Assembly (NCBI GenBank): GCA_951406725.2
Contig: OX597821.1
Location: forward strand, 34,410,001 to 34,474,000
DNA: 64,000 nucleotides
Source of the DNA: Octopus vulgaris
Lineage: Eukaryota
Reading direction: 5' to 3'
Position numbers and translations under genes: made by a program
Notes under the pieces: model-generated
Seen by the model: only the letters and a program-made list of their open reading frames with translations
Told to the model about the DNA's origin: nothing
Databases searched by the model: none
Part shown: piece by piece, positions 26,636 through 39,721 of the stretch
Layout of the letters: each line of letters starts with the position of its first letter
Position numbering within the stretch: the stretch's first letter is position 1

Positions 26636-26903
26636 AAGATTTACACATTGAAACCTGCTGCATAGGTTGCATGCTTTGACAGGAACTGGTAAGCCGTAGG
26701 GTTGCACTGAGCTCCAGTCTCAGCCTTGGTCTGCTCTCTACGGTTGGATATCCTTCTTATCACCAACCAGCTTACAGTGTGCACCGGGCACAATATTTTT
26801 GTGCCACTGGCACCATGAAGTTACCGAGTAAGTTGCAAGACAGAAGAAAACAAGAAAGAAAAAAGCCCTCAAGGCTAAGTGTGTGTGTGGGTGGTATTAG
26901 GAA

Positions 26904-27134
26904 GGCGGCGAGCTGGCTGAATCGTTAGCACACCGGGCGAAATGCGTAGCCGTACTTCATCTGCCATTACATTCTGAGTTCAAATTCCACCGAGGTCGAC
27001 TTTGCCTTTCATTCTTTCGGAGTTGATAAATTAAGTACCAGTTACACACTGGGGTCGATGTAATCGACTTAATCCGTTTATCTGTCCTTGTTTGTCCCCT
27101 CTGTGTTTAGCTCCTAGTGGGCAGTAAAGAAATA
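26904..27134 (+). mobile_element. SINE family C (core GCCTTTCATCCTTTCGGGGTCGATAAATTAAGTACC, Meta-SINE-like by recollection)
   Basis: tRNA-like head GGCGGCGAGCTGG; TSD GGTATTAGGAA(GG). Confidence 0.9.
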
Positions 27135-28769
27135 GGTATTAGGAAGGGGTTGCATAAGAATGTGAGGGGAGAGTAACAGATGGTCAGAGAGTAGGGCAGA
27201 GGAGGATGTATTGAATGCTGTGAAAAAAAGGAGGAGCAGTTGGGATGAAATTTATCAGTGAGTAAGGTGAGGGAGAGATAGCAGTTGCTCAAGGAGGACG
27301 ATAGATCATAAGGTGGAAGGTTGATGTGTAAGATATAGGAGCACAGTGAAGGTGATGTGAGGGTAGCTCAGGGTGTGTATAGTGGGTGGGTATGATAGTA
27401 GATGTGAAAGTGCATTGAAAATAATAGCAGGCATGCAAGAGGATAAGATGGAGTACGGTGGAAGGAGAGAGCTATCTGGAAACACATGAAGGCAGTGTCT
27501 GGTGTTAATAGTGTGGGAGAACAAGGGAGGTTAAGAATAAGGGATGGGAAGTTCCGAGGTGAAGAATACATACATACATACATCTGTCTCTTTCCATTCC
27601 AACACAGTCACTCCTGACCCATCTTTTATAATGTGAAAAGCTGTGTAGTTCCCCTACTGCAAGAAGAAACTCATTCTGTTCTGGCCCCTTCTCTTACATT
27701 TTAACCTCTCTTCTCGTAGTGTAAAGCTGCCTCCTTCTCTTCTCAGAAAAAGGGGATCTTAGTCTTACAGGCTGTATAGTGAGCTCTCTTGTGCTGGTGT
27801 CACATAAAAAGCACTTAGTACATGCTATAAAGTGGTTGGCATTAGGAAGGGCATTCAGCAGTAGAAACGATGCCAGAGCAGACACTGGGGCAAGGTGCAG
27901 TCTTTGGAAATGCTGGATCCTGTCAAACCATGTAACCTTTGTCAGCATGGGATATGGATGTTAAGTGATGATGATGATGATGATATATGTATATGCATTA
28001 AAAAATATTTAATTTTAGTTCTGTATATTTAAGCATTTCTTTAATACCGTTATTGTTGCGGTGCTGGTTTGTGTAATATTTGTGGTTAACCTGTTTAAGA
28101 TGACTAAGTTCAATGATCTGTCAGCCAACCATTTTGTAATAGACAGATTGAAAGACTGATCTATTTTAAGAACACACACACACACATGCACATGTTTGAA
28201 GGTGCATACACATATGCACGCACAAATGCACACACATGTATGAAAGCACACATACATACATGCACACACACCACACACAGATACACACACACACACTTTT
28301 CTGGGTTTAAGCAAGTTTCAGACATTTTCTTGTATAGAATTTTGTATAGAATTTTATGATTACTCATTCTTTATATATCACAGAAAAATATTTCCTTCTT
28401 GTTCAGTGAAGAAGCATAGTTGGTTTCTTCTCCACTAATGGTTTAATATTGGTTGTAAATCTATTGTTATTGTTGCCTAGCTCCAGGTCAGTAATTATTG
28501 GGCAGACCTACAATGAATGACATTCTAACCATGATCATCCCACCAATTTTCTGACATAATATATCTATATATATGTCATAATATTCTGACATAGTATATC
28601 TGACATAATATATCTAGGATTACATTATACAATGTAGGGTTCTTTTTTAAGACAAAGGACCAAGATACCTGGCTCCTGGCTGTACTCAAGAAGACCTGTA
28701 CTCTGTAGAAGTATTAAGACTGTGCTTGCAGGTGGTGTAAAGTACTTATGATGGTGTTACAAAAAAGCA

Positions 28770-29035
28770 CCTGTGCAGTGCCACGTAAAAATGCCCATGT
28801 GGTGCTATGTAAAAGTGTCCATGTGGTACCATGTAAAAGTGTCCATGTGGTGCCGTGTAAAAGTGTCCATGTGGTGCCATGTAAAAGCGCCCATGTGGTG
28901 CCACATAAAAGTGTCCATGTGGTGCTATGTAAAAGTGTCCATGTGGTGCCGTGTAAAAGCGCCCATGTGGTGCCACGTAAAAGTGCCCATGTGGTGCTAT
29001 GTAAAAGTGTCCATGTGGTACCATGTAAAAGCACC
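28770..29035 (+). repeat. 24-bp tandem repeat (about 11 units) inside a family D element (28740-29205)
   Basis: Unit AAAAGTGTCCATGTGGTGCCATGT, followed directly by the D-family tail. Confidence 0.92.
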
Positions 29036-29173
29036 CAGCACATTCTGTAAAGTGCTTGGTCTTAGGAAAGGCATTTAGCTGTAGAAACCATGCCAAATCA
29101 GACTAGAGTCTGGTGCAGCTCCTCATCTCGCCAGCTCTGGTCAAACTGTCCAACCCATGCCAATGGACATTAA

Positions 29174-29207
<34 letters not shown>

Positions 29208-29661
29208 CAGTTGGGTGTGATTTTAGGAAGATTTTTGACTTGGTTCTTAACTAAATCTGGTTGAATGGTCATGGTATTGATGGTAGAAGGATAGTCTTTG
29301 GTCAGCCCCAGCCAGGAGTGTTTAAGGTAGGGAGACTGGTTTGAAAGAATCTGAAGAATTTGACGAATATTTTTGAATGCTGAACATGCCATTTTCATTG
29401 TGGATTACACCGTTATAAGATCTGAAACTTAAAACTTCAGATCCCCTCATTTTGAAGATGATGGAAAAAGAGGCAAGCATAGCTGTGTGGTTAAGAAGCT
29501 TGCGTCCCATCCGTGTGGTCTTGAGTTCATTCTCTTTTCATGGTACCTTTGGTAAATGTCATCTACTGTAGCTCCAGGCTGGTGTGTGTGCGTGTGTGTA
29601 TATACAGACCTGTATGCGTGTGTATGTGTGTATACAAACATGTATGTGTGTGTGTGTGTAT

Positions 29662-30060
29662 AGGAGTGGCTGTGTGGTAAGTAGCTTGTTTACCAACCAC
29701 ATGGTTCCGGGTTCAGTCCCACTGCGTGGCACCTTGGGCAAGTGTCTTCTACTATAGCCTCGGGCCGACCAAAGCCTTGTGAGTGGATTTGAAAGACAGA
29801 AACTGAAAGAAGCCCGTCGTATATATGTATATATATGTATGTGCGTGTATGTTTGTGTGTCTATATTTGTCCCCCTAGCATTGCTTGACAACTGATGCTT
29901 GTGTGTTTACGTCCCCGTAACTTAGCGGTTCGGCAAAAGAGACCGATAGAATAAGTACTGGGCTTACAAAAAATAAGTCCCGGGGTCGAGTTGCTCGATT
30001 AAAGGCAGTGCACCAGCATGGCCACAGTCAAAATGACTGAAACAAGTAAAAAGAGAAAGA
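29662..30060 (+). mobile_element. SINE family A, near full length (CORE-like segment GCACCTTGGGCAAGTGTCTT)
   Basis: tRNA head with B box GGTTCAGTCCC, internal TA/TG microsatellite, conserved tail; truncated head copy at about 29470-29580. Confidence 0.92.
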
Positions 30061-30822
30061 GAAAGATACACACACACATACATACACACGTGTGTGTGTG
30101 AATGTGTTTGTGTACCATTGTCTAGACATTGTGTGATGGTTGTTAGTGAGCCTCAATATTGTACAAGTAAGATTGTTTGTTTCCAGCCTTCTATGAAAAG
30201 ATATGTGAAAATATGTGAAAATATTCCCTTGCTTGGAAACAGGTGAGGATAGGTGACAGCAAGGGTATCCAGCCATGGAAAACTTTTCTTCTGTCTGACT
30301 CATGCAAGCATGGAAAAGTGAATGTAAAACGATGGTGTAACATTGATGTTATACTGATTCAGTTCTGACATCTACCTGGAGTGTCACCATCGAATATGCT
30401 AATTTCCTTCTTTGTTTGTGTGCAGAAGATTCTTTATGGAGTATGGACACGGGTATTGCTGTATGATTAAGGGTTGTGTGGTAAGAAACTTGCTTTCCAA
30501 TCACATGGTTCAAGATTCAGTCCTACTGTGTGGGACCTTGGGCACTGTGTGGCAACCGTTAGTAAATTTGGTAGACGGAAACTGAAAGAAGCTCTTTGTA
30601 TATGTGTGTGTGTGGATGTGTGTGTGTGTGTGTGTGCTGTATGCGTGTGTATATATATATATGTGGACAATGGCCCAGTGGTTAGGCAGCGGACTCGCGG
30701 TTTTCACGAGGCTTTTTGCTTTCATGTTGTACCTGTATTTCAAGGGCCGGCCTTGTCACTCTCTGTGTCACGCTGAATATCCCAGAGAACTACGTGGCCA
30801 TGCTGGGGCACTACCACATGTA

Positions 30823-30853
<31 letters not shown>

Positions 30854-31094
30854 TATACGTGTGTGTGTGTGTATGTGTGTATATATATATATATATTATA
30901 CATGTGTGTGTGTATGTGTGTTTGTTCTTGTGTGTCTGTGTTTGACCACTACCACCATCACTGCTTGACAACCGGTGTTGGTGTGTTTACATCCCCCCCG
31001 TAACTTAGTGATTCAGCAAAAGAGACCGACAGAACAAGTAAAAAGAACTGGAACTCTCATTGTCATAACCAACAAAGTACCAGTTGTATATATA

Positions 31095-32148
31095 CACAAA
31101 GGGAAGTCAAAAATTACCTTTCACCATAACATACCTTTATTATTGTCACACTGCCTTCTGCACATGCATGCTTATAGTTGGTACTGTTGTGGGCATGTCT
31201 TCAATGTTTGAGCCTGATTGTGCCATTTTCCTTTCTGGCTTTATAGTGTAAGCATGGCTACTCCACTAGTAAATATGGGATCTTTTCGGTTTGAACGGCA
31301 GTTTTTAACACAATTTCTAGGTAACTAAAAAATTTTAAACTTCGTATACTGGTAGAATGTTTTTATAAAACATCTTTTTCTCTTGGCTTTATTGAGAAAA
31401 TTCTATAATTTGTAAGATATTTGTTGTTTTGTTTTTCTTCAATTTCTGCAATTTCAACCAATCACTGATGTCTATTGAGGTAAAAATCATTCTGTGCCTT
31501 ATAAATATGTCCCTTGTTTAAGAAACAGATTGGGTTTATTTACATTTGTGAAGTAAAAAAGATACCCTTCCCCCCACCCCTAATCCTAACCCTAAAATAG
31601 ATTATAATGCAATAGATTGATACTAGGGTCGTAATTATGGGTGACAATTTCATATGACACCGCTAGAAAAAACTGCCGTTCAAACCAAAAAGATCCGCAA
31701 TATGCACCAAAGAAGAACAAAGAGCAGTGATCCGAGAGGTGGTCATGGTGAACTGGTTCACCATTACTGTTTTTTGAGCTTATCGAATCTTCTCGTCAGT
31801 GGTGGAGGTTAATGAGTGCCCTGCTCCATCTTTGTGCACCACAATTGTCTGTCCAATTCTCGATCTACTCATACACACCTGCTATGCAGTAGTGCATTAT
31901 CTCTGCTAAAAGCCTCCAATGAATTTCAGCACCTGACACACCTTCCTACCAGAGAACTCGGATCGCTGCTCTTTGTACTTCTTTGGTGCAGATTGCTAGT
32001 GGAGCAGCCATGCTTACACTGTAATTCCAGAATGAAAAATGGTGATCACATGACCACAATAGTACCAACTACATGCATATGTGCGCAGAAGCCAGTGTGA
32101 CAATAATGAAGGTATGTTATGGTGAAAGTGCAGGTAACTTTTGATTTA
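31095..32148. mobile_element. Mariner-derived fold-back element made of two inverted 5' ends
   Basis: About 200-bp inverted arms; the minus strand translates MAAPLAICTKEVQRAAIRVLW*EGVSGAEIH...GHSLTSTTDEKI (mariner transposase N-terminus). Confidence 0.8.
31278..31696. mobile_element. Merlin-like MITE, second copy (opposite orientation), nested in the mariner element
   Basis: Same TIRs as 17411-17822; imperfect TSD TAAATATG/GCAATATG. A terminal fragment of a third copy is at 58201-58250. Confidence 0.85.
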
Positions 32149-32154
32149 TATATA

Positions 32155-32408
32155 TCATCATCATCATCATCATCATTGTTTAACGTCCGTTTTCCTTGCT
32201 AGCATGGGTTGGACGGTTCAACTGGGGTCTGGGAAGCCAGAAGGCTGCGCCACGCCCAGTCTGATCTGGCAGTGTTTCTACAGCTGGATGCCCTTCCTAA
32301 CGCCAACCACTCCGTGAGTGTAGTGGGTGCTTTTTACATACCAACTGCACAGGTGCCAGACGAGGCTGGCAAACGGCCACAATCGGATGGTGCTTTTTAC
32401 GTGCCACC
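32155..32408 (-). mobile_element. RTE-tail element (family D)
   Basis: High identity to 47737-48016. Confidence 0.88.
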
Positions 32409-32409
32409 G

Positions 32410-32463
<54 letters not shown>

Positions 32464-32470
<7 letters not shown>

Positions 32471-32505
32471 CACAGACCTTTGAAAATTTGTTCTCTTTAT
32501 CTTGG

Positions 32506-32543
<38 letters not shown>

Positions 32544-32585
32544 CCAAGATAAAGAGAACAAATTTTCAAAGGTCTGTGTTCATAT
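32464..32585. repeat. Perfect palindrome centred on a (TA)n tract
   Basis: ATATGAACACAGACC...CTTGGCTT (TA)n AAGCCAAG...GGTCTGTGTTCATAT. Confidence 0.95.
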
Positions 32586-33039
32586 TCACTCAATATATTT
32601 CAAAGCATCGGAATACCTCACAGCAGACATTGGGTGCACTCATATACACATGATATAATATAAAAATAACATAAAAATATAAAAATATATAAATATATAA
32701 TTACATAAATGTACTTGTGAGGTTGTATGTCTGTATTAAAATCAATAAGGATATTAGAATATGAGGACGGTGAATGAATAGCAGTTATCCAAATAGATGA
32801 GAATGTTGGTATAAAATGATTTTAAGAAGACTACAAGTATCTTCAGCAGGTACAAGATTCTGAGAAAATTTTGGCTGATCTGGGTGAGTTAATTCCAGTC
32901 ATAACAATCATCTACATTTCTCTCGTCAGATTTAATCTAAAAAAGGATTTAGAAAAGAGTTATCTAAATCTTAAAGTTTTAAGCAACATGAGAAATATAT
33001 ATATATATCATCATCATCATCATCATATATATTCATACA

Positions 33040-33077
<38 letters not shown>

Positions 33078-33078
<1 letters not shown>

Positions 33079-33435
33079 CAATTAAGGACAACTTCTTAAT
33101 AAGGACAACTTCTTATTCCGAAAAAAACTTTTCTTCCCCGAAATGCAATTCGTAAAAGTCTGCCATTTACCGGATGTAATATATGTAAACTCACCCATGT
33201 GCTTCGTTGATGTTGATCAGTTAGCTGCTCGGCTCAGACGAGGTAGGGTCATTTATTTATGATACGTCCAGACTTGCTGATGAATACAGAGGTATGAAAT
33301 CACAGGTGATACAAGTCTATATTTTTAAATGTCTTACTTTGAAAAATTGCATTCGGTGGGATTAGTAAAATTTTTGGTAGTAATGACTAATTTTGTCCCT
33401 CTTAGCGTGTGGCATGTATGTATAATAATGCCCTC

Positions 33436-33437
<2 letters not shown>
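33078..33437 (+). mobile_element. About 360-bp non-coding ribozyme-bearing element embedded in (TA)n
   Basis: Unique sequence with (TA)n on both sides, a canonical hammerhead inside, ending GCCCTC(TA)n. Confidence 0.65.
33270..33318 (+). ncRNA. Canonical type I hammerhead ribozyme
   Basis: agacttg-CTGATGA-atac[agag]gtat-GAAA-tcac[ag]gtga-TA-caagtct; all core nucleotides and three perfect stems; predicted cleavage after A33311 (AUA). Confidence 0.9.
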
Positions 33438-33486
<49 letters not shown>

Positions 33487-33685
33487 ATGTGTATATGTAT
33501 GAATATATATGTATATGTATATATATATACATACATATACATACATACATACATGCATATATATATATACATACATATATATATACATATATATATATAC
33601 ATACATATATATAGGTATATGTATATGCATGTATGTATATCATATATATATTTATACAAGCACACATACGCACATATATATATAC

Positions 33686-33718
<33 letters not shown>

Positions 33719-33750
33719 TATATATACATGTATATACCTATAGCTATCTA

Positions 33751-33838
<88 letters not shown>

Positions 33839-34519
33839 CTATTTCCCGTTGCTCCAGTCTACTCAGCTGGAAAAAATGAGTAGTACCTGTAATTCAAAGG
33901 GCCAGCCTTGTATATTTTTTGTTATACTGAATCTCCCAGAACGTTAGGGGTACACATGTCTGTGGAGTGCTCAGCCACTTACACAGTAATTACCTGAGCA
34001 GGCTGTTCCATTGATCAGATCAGCCGGAACTCTTGTGTCATAACCGACAGAGTGCCATTAGTAGGGGTAGGGATGGTCAATGTAATTGAATAAAACCCTT
34101 AAAGGTTTAGCTCCAGCATGGCCATTGTCCAGTGACTGATGCTAGTAGAATAATGAGAATATAAAAGATGAAGAATAGAATGTGACACTTGGGTACACAG
34201 ATAGGTGGGGCCCAACCAGTTTGACCAGTTTGATAAACAGGTTTGTACACATCGATGCTGACATGTTTGGTTGCTACCTCATTATTTTTTTGTCAATTGT
34301 TAGGAGGATCAAAGTCAAAATCGACATTCATCATCGTTCGAACCACTGATGGTTGTAGTGGTGATAGTGGTGGTGGTGGCGGTGGTGGTCATTGTCGTCG
34401 TCGTCGTCATCATGGCTGTAGGTTGAAACAGCAGAACAATGTAGTGATTAAAAATCATCCCCCGTTTTTCATCGTTTATCATAACGATGAAGATCAACAT
34501 CATTATCGTTTATTGTTCA

Positions 34520-34556
<37 letters not shown>

Positions 34557-34999
34557 ACAGCAACAGAAGCAGTAGCCGCTTCATCATCATCATCATCATC
34601 ATCAGTCATCATTGTTCATCATCGTTATTGTCCATCATCATCATTCATTCAACATCATTGTTCATCTTCATTTGTTGTCGTTGTCATCATCATTATCACC
34701 ATCATCACTGTTCTCCATCATTGTTCTTTGTTTTTTGCCCCCACCCCCCGTTTTTTTCATTCACCTTCAGTTTATTAGTAAATTTCTCACAGTATTTGCT
34801 TAATTGTTAGTTGTTGTTGTACAGCCACCAGTCATCACATGTCATGTTTAAGCTGCATTTAGGATTGGCGACATGAGGACTTTACTGTCTCTATTTTGTT
34901 TATACATATGTATATACATATATATACATATACATACATATATATACATATATACATATATACACATATATATATATACATATATATATATTCATATAA

Positions 35000-35230
35000 G
35001 GCGGCGATCTGGCAGACACGGTAGCGCGCCGGGCGAAATGCTTAGTGGTATTTCGTCTGTCGTTACGTTCTGAGTTCAAATTCTGCCGAGGTTGACTTTG
35101 CCTTTCATCCTCTCGGGGTCGATAAATTAAGTACCAGTTATGCACTGGGGTCGATGTAATCGACTTAATCCCTTTGTCTGTCCTTGTTTTTCCCCTCTAT
35201 GTTTAGCCCCTTGTGGGCAATAAAGAAATA
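35000..35230 (+). mobile_element. SINE family C, full length
   Basis: Matches 26904-27134; flanked by duplicated TATACATATATATATATTCATATA. Confidence 0.92.
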
Positions 35231-36421
35231 TATACATATATATATATTCATATATACATATATTCTATGTGTTTGTAGATTATGTAGGGGTTTCTAGAAG
35301 ACTCTCAGTTGTTGCATAGCCCAGGTCGGTCCCGATCCAAGAAACCTATGTTCAAATTTATTCCATTATCTTCCTGTTATATTGTTCATGTGTTGTATTC
35401 CTTCTCTTTAAATTCAGTGCTTTTTCTGTATAAATCTTCCAGTAATCTTGTTAGAAGCTAGAGCTTTTGATGAAATGCAATTAGCTCAGTATTAGGTGAA
35501 ATTTATAAAAATATAGCAATTTCAAGAGTTTGGATAACATTTGCTAATACTATTTAATGAACATTGGTGTACATTGTGAACCTGGTTTTTATCTGTTGTT
35601 GATTTTTACCTGTTGTCATGTCACTTTCACCGGTAAAGATAGGTTGAATAGTGTTACGTATTAAGTTAATTACAAATTGGTGATTTCTCATATATTTTAC
35701 AAGATATCAATTTCTGGGCATTGATTTCTTGACACAGGACCTAAATTTGTTCTGCAATTAGTCTATGTAACTTAGAAGGGGCACTACCCCCATTAGAAAA
35801 ACAATTTTGCTATATGCCTTCATCTCCTCCATTCAGAGGTTTTGTAAAGCTCAACAAATTAGTGTTATTTACTCTTATTACAATAATTATGCTCTCCTCA
35901 TAAATCCATTAGTATGCAGAGATCCTACATATAAAATACATCAGTGAATTAATGTTTTTCTATTTAATCTTTACCATTCGTTAATGAAAGCTTCAATGCA
36001 GTATCAACTTCATGAGAGCTCCATTCCTGCTCGGAATCAATATTACTTAACTGGGTTTTTATAGATGACACTAAAATATCACTCCAGTTCCAAACTGTAT
36101 TTGCTATTATATCATTAATAAATAATATCACCTAATTCTAACTCATCACTTTATGTATTAAATACCATAATGCTCAGAAATCAAAGGGAGGAAAAAGCAC
36201 GGAGAATCTCACTCAATAAAACACAAATAAGTGTACACTGTGCAAACAAGAAATTTTCTGAGAAGGGTTCCTAATGAAAAATGGCTAAATATTGTTCATC
36301 ACACATAAGAATTCTTAGTTCTAGTTTTTGGCTCTAAACAACACTACTATTGGAACTGCAGTTTTGTGCAGTTTAGGATTTGGCAGCAGTTGCAGATAAT
36401 TGCATAAAAACATTACTCATT

Positions 36422-36813
36422 TACTTATTTACTTGTTTCAGTCATTTGACTGTGGCCATGCTGGAGCACCACCTTTAGTCGAGGAAATCGACCTCAGGAC
36501 TTATTCTTTGTAAGCCTAGTACTTATTCTATCGGTCTCTTTTGCAGAACCGCTAAATTACGGGGACGTAAACACACCAGCATCGGTTGTCAAGTGATGTT
36601 GGGGGGATAAACACAACACACAAACATACACATATGTATATATACATATATATGACGGGCTTCTTTCAGTTTCTGTCTACCAAATCCACTCACAAAACAT
36701 TGGTCGGCCCGAGGCTATAGTAGAAGACACTTGCCCAAGGTGCCACGCAGTGGGACTGAACCCGGAACCATGTGGTTGGTAAGCAAGCTACTTACCACAC
36801 AGCCACTCCTATG
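36422..36813 (-). mobile_element. SINE family A, full length
   Basis: Reverse complement of 55882-56290. Confidence 0.92.
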
Positions 36814-37374
36814 CCATTAGGATATGATTTGAGGGAGATTAGGCTGCTATTGTTTCTGCAGAACACATTATCACGTGGAAGCTCTCTTTTGAGTTGATCC
36901 TTTTGCCTGCTTAAAATGACCATATCAAGAGAATCGATTATCCAGATTAATAAGGTTTCCATACCAAACACCTTCAATATTTCTAGTTCCAAGTTTTCTT
37001 ACTTGTGTATCTTTTGTGGGATGGGGGATACTGCCTTAGTTGTATAGAAAATCTTTGATAAATTATCGGTTTTGGGTTAAAGGACAAATGTTGTTGTTAT
37101 TGTAAGGGCAGTGGATTGGCAAAATTTTTAGAACACTTGACAAATACCTTGCAGTATTTGTTTCAGATCTTCATATTGGGAGTTCAAATCCTACCGAGGT
37201 CACCTTTGCCTTTCATCCATTCAAGGCTGATAAAATAAAGTACCAGTTGACCACTGATGCTGATTTCAGTGTCTACTAATCTCTCCTCTGAGATTTGTGG
37301 TACTCAATCACTATTAGAAATTGTTATTAACATTGTTATCATTATTATACTAAAAAGTGAAGGTAAAGGTAAAC

Positions 37375-37707
37375 ACTCCCTTTAGTCAGAAATGACCATG
37401 GGATTGCACTTAGAAATTTCCTCTCTGAGGCACAAACCAGGGCAAGGTTGTTTATGGAAGACCAGCTGTCGCCTGTGCATACCAGCCTCCCTTCTCCGTG
37501 CTACCGATGTTATCCAAGGGAAAGGCATAGGCTGATACAGCTTGGCACCGGTGACGTCGCAACTCATTTCTACAGCTGAGTGATCTGGAACAACATGAAA
37601 TAAAGTGTTTTGCTCAAAAACAAAACACACAGCCTGGTTTCGGAATCGAACTCACAACCTCATGATTGTGAGCCTGATGCTCTAACCACTGAGCCATGTG
37701 CCTTCAT
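37375..37707 (-). mobile_element. SINE family B3
   Basis: Head TGAAGGCACATGGCTCAGTGGTTAGAG on the minus strand. Confidence 0.88.
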
Positions 37708-38051
37708 ATTATTATAATAGTCATATATGTATCATACTTAATGTATATATGTATATGTATCATTGGCAAGCATGTTACATTGGTTTTCATCTGTGATAAA
37801 ATTTCTTACAGACATGCTGTGCTTAAAAAACACAATATATATCAGGACACAAAATTATCTTCCTGGTAGTGGCTCGTGCAGACCACCAGATGTATTTCAG
37901 TCTCGTTGAGTCTTGTCAGCATCATGATCTCACAGCCAGCCACACACTTAGATGAGATATGTCACCTCTGATATAAAAAACATTGAATAATACACTCACT
38001 TGTATTGTGAATAGCAGCTAGGCTGAATAGATAATCCAGTATACACAATAT

Positions 38052-38393
38052 GTGAAGGTGCATGGCTCAGTGGTTAGAGTGCCAGGCTTACAATCACGAG
38101 GTAGCGAGTTTAATTCTAGGACTGGGCTGTGTGTTGTATTCTTGAACAAGACACTTTATTTCATGTTGCTCTAGTTCACTCAGCTATAGAAATGAGTTGC
38201 AACGTTACTGGTGCCAAGCTATATAAGCGTTTGCCTTTCCCTTGGATAACATTAGTGGCGTGGAGACGGGAGACTTGTATGCATGGACCACTGTTGGTCT
38301 TCCATAAACAACCTTACCTGGACTTGTGCCTCGAAGGGGAACTTTCTAGGTGCAATCCCTTGGTTATTCATGACCAAAGTGGGTCTTTACCCT
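38052..38393 (+). mobile_element. SINE family B3
   Basis: Head GTGAAGGTGCATGGCTCAGTGGTTAGAG; inverted relative to 37375-37707. Confidence 0.88.
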
Positions 38394-38540
38394 TAGTCTT
38401 TTCTACCCAATTGAAGCAGTATTAAATTGAAATAGTCAGTTGTTTTATGCGAGTTTTTACTGTGCAACTAACTACACTTCTATGATACTGAGGTGTGTGC
38501 AGTATTGCCTTGTGGGAATGTGAAATTCTGTTGGTATACT

Positions 38541-38925
38541 GGAAGCACTCCGTCGGTTACGACGACGAGGGTTCCAGTTGATCCGAATCAACGGAACAGC
38601 CTGCTCGTGAAATTAACGTGTAAGTGGCTGAGCACTCCACAGACACGTGTACCCTTAACGTAGTTCTCGGGGATATTCAGTGTGACACAGAGAGTGACAA
38701 GGCCGGCCCTTTGAAATACAGGTACAACAGAAACAGGAAGTAAGTGTGAGAGAAAGTTGTGGTGAAAGAGTACAGCAGGGATCACCACCATCCCCTGCCG
38801 GAGCCTCGTGGAGCTTTTAGGTGCTTTCGCTCAATAAACACTCACAACGCCCGGTCTGGGAATCGAAACCGCGATCCTATGACCGCGAGTCCGCTGCCCT
38901 AACCACTGGGCCATTGCGCCTCCAC
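38541..38925 (-). mobile_element. SINE family B, tail type 3, full length and young
   Basis: Intact CpG-rich tRNA head; TSD GTTGGTATACT. Confidence 0.93.
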
Positions 38926-39331
38926 GTTGGTATACTACATCAGTTTCGCATTTTTTCTGCGATTTAAAAAAATGTTTTTGTTGTTTGTTGTGTATAAAAT
39001 ATGCTATGTCAATTTCGATGTTTTATTGTGTTTGTGTCACATCTGTCTTATGTGTTTTAGTTTCAGGTAGTTATTACACAGAGTATGTACTGTACAGATT
39101 GTGTTTTATTTACTGGCTTGAAACTGTTGAATGTGTGCTTTGTGAATCGTTGGTGTTATAGCAACAGATATTGATTATGTAAGAGTATTTGTTGTCTTGT
39201 TATAATTAAGTGTTGATTGTATAGACTATGTGGGCTGTGGTTTGTGTTGTGCTGTGTGACATTTGCTTATCATTTGAGTTATATAAGTTGCTGGTTGTTG
39301 CTTAGATCTGTTGTCATCGTCATCATCATTG

Positions 39332-39371
<40 letters not shown>

Positions 39372-39379
39372 TGTCATCA

Positions 39380-39635
39380 TCATTTTAACTTTCACTTTTC
39401 CATTCTTGCATGGGTCAGACAGAATTCATTGAGGCAGCGTTTCTATGTCTGGATTCACTTCCCGTTGCCAACCCTTACCTGTCTCCAAGCGAAGTAATAT
39501 TTCCCTGTGGCTGGACTTGTTTGTTTGTTTGATTTTTTTTTTTTGTGAGGGAAGATTGGAAGTGAAAACACTGTATGACGGCGACACTCATTTTACTACT
39601 ATCTCGTGATGTCAAGAAAAGGAGGCACAAACACA
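39380..39635 (-). mobile_element. Older RTE-tail-like repeat (family F)
   Basis: Homologous to 30100-30340 and 53070-53315 (CATGCAAGCATGGAAAAGTG...AAAATGATG). Confidence 0.65.
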
Positions 39636-39665
39636 CCCTCCACACATACATACATATTTACACAC

Positions 39666-39721
<56 letters not shown>

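Noticed and set aside
32890-32935. Minus-strand CTGACGAGAGAAATGT resembling the 5734-5786 fold
   Set aside because: No pairing for stems I, II or III could be found.
35400-36400. AT-rich unique-looking sequence, possible decayed transposase or PLE
   Set aside because: No motif could be reconstructed with confidence by eye.
37888-37923. Minus-strand gatg-CTGACAA...GAAA-ta-catc
   Set aside because: Core G8 is mutated and there is no stem III.
38850-38925. tRNA gene-like sequences at SINE heads
   Set aside because: They continue into SINE bodies with TSDs and lack a complete acceptor stem and terminator; called as SINE heads.
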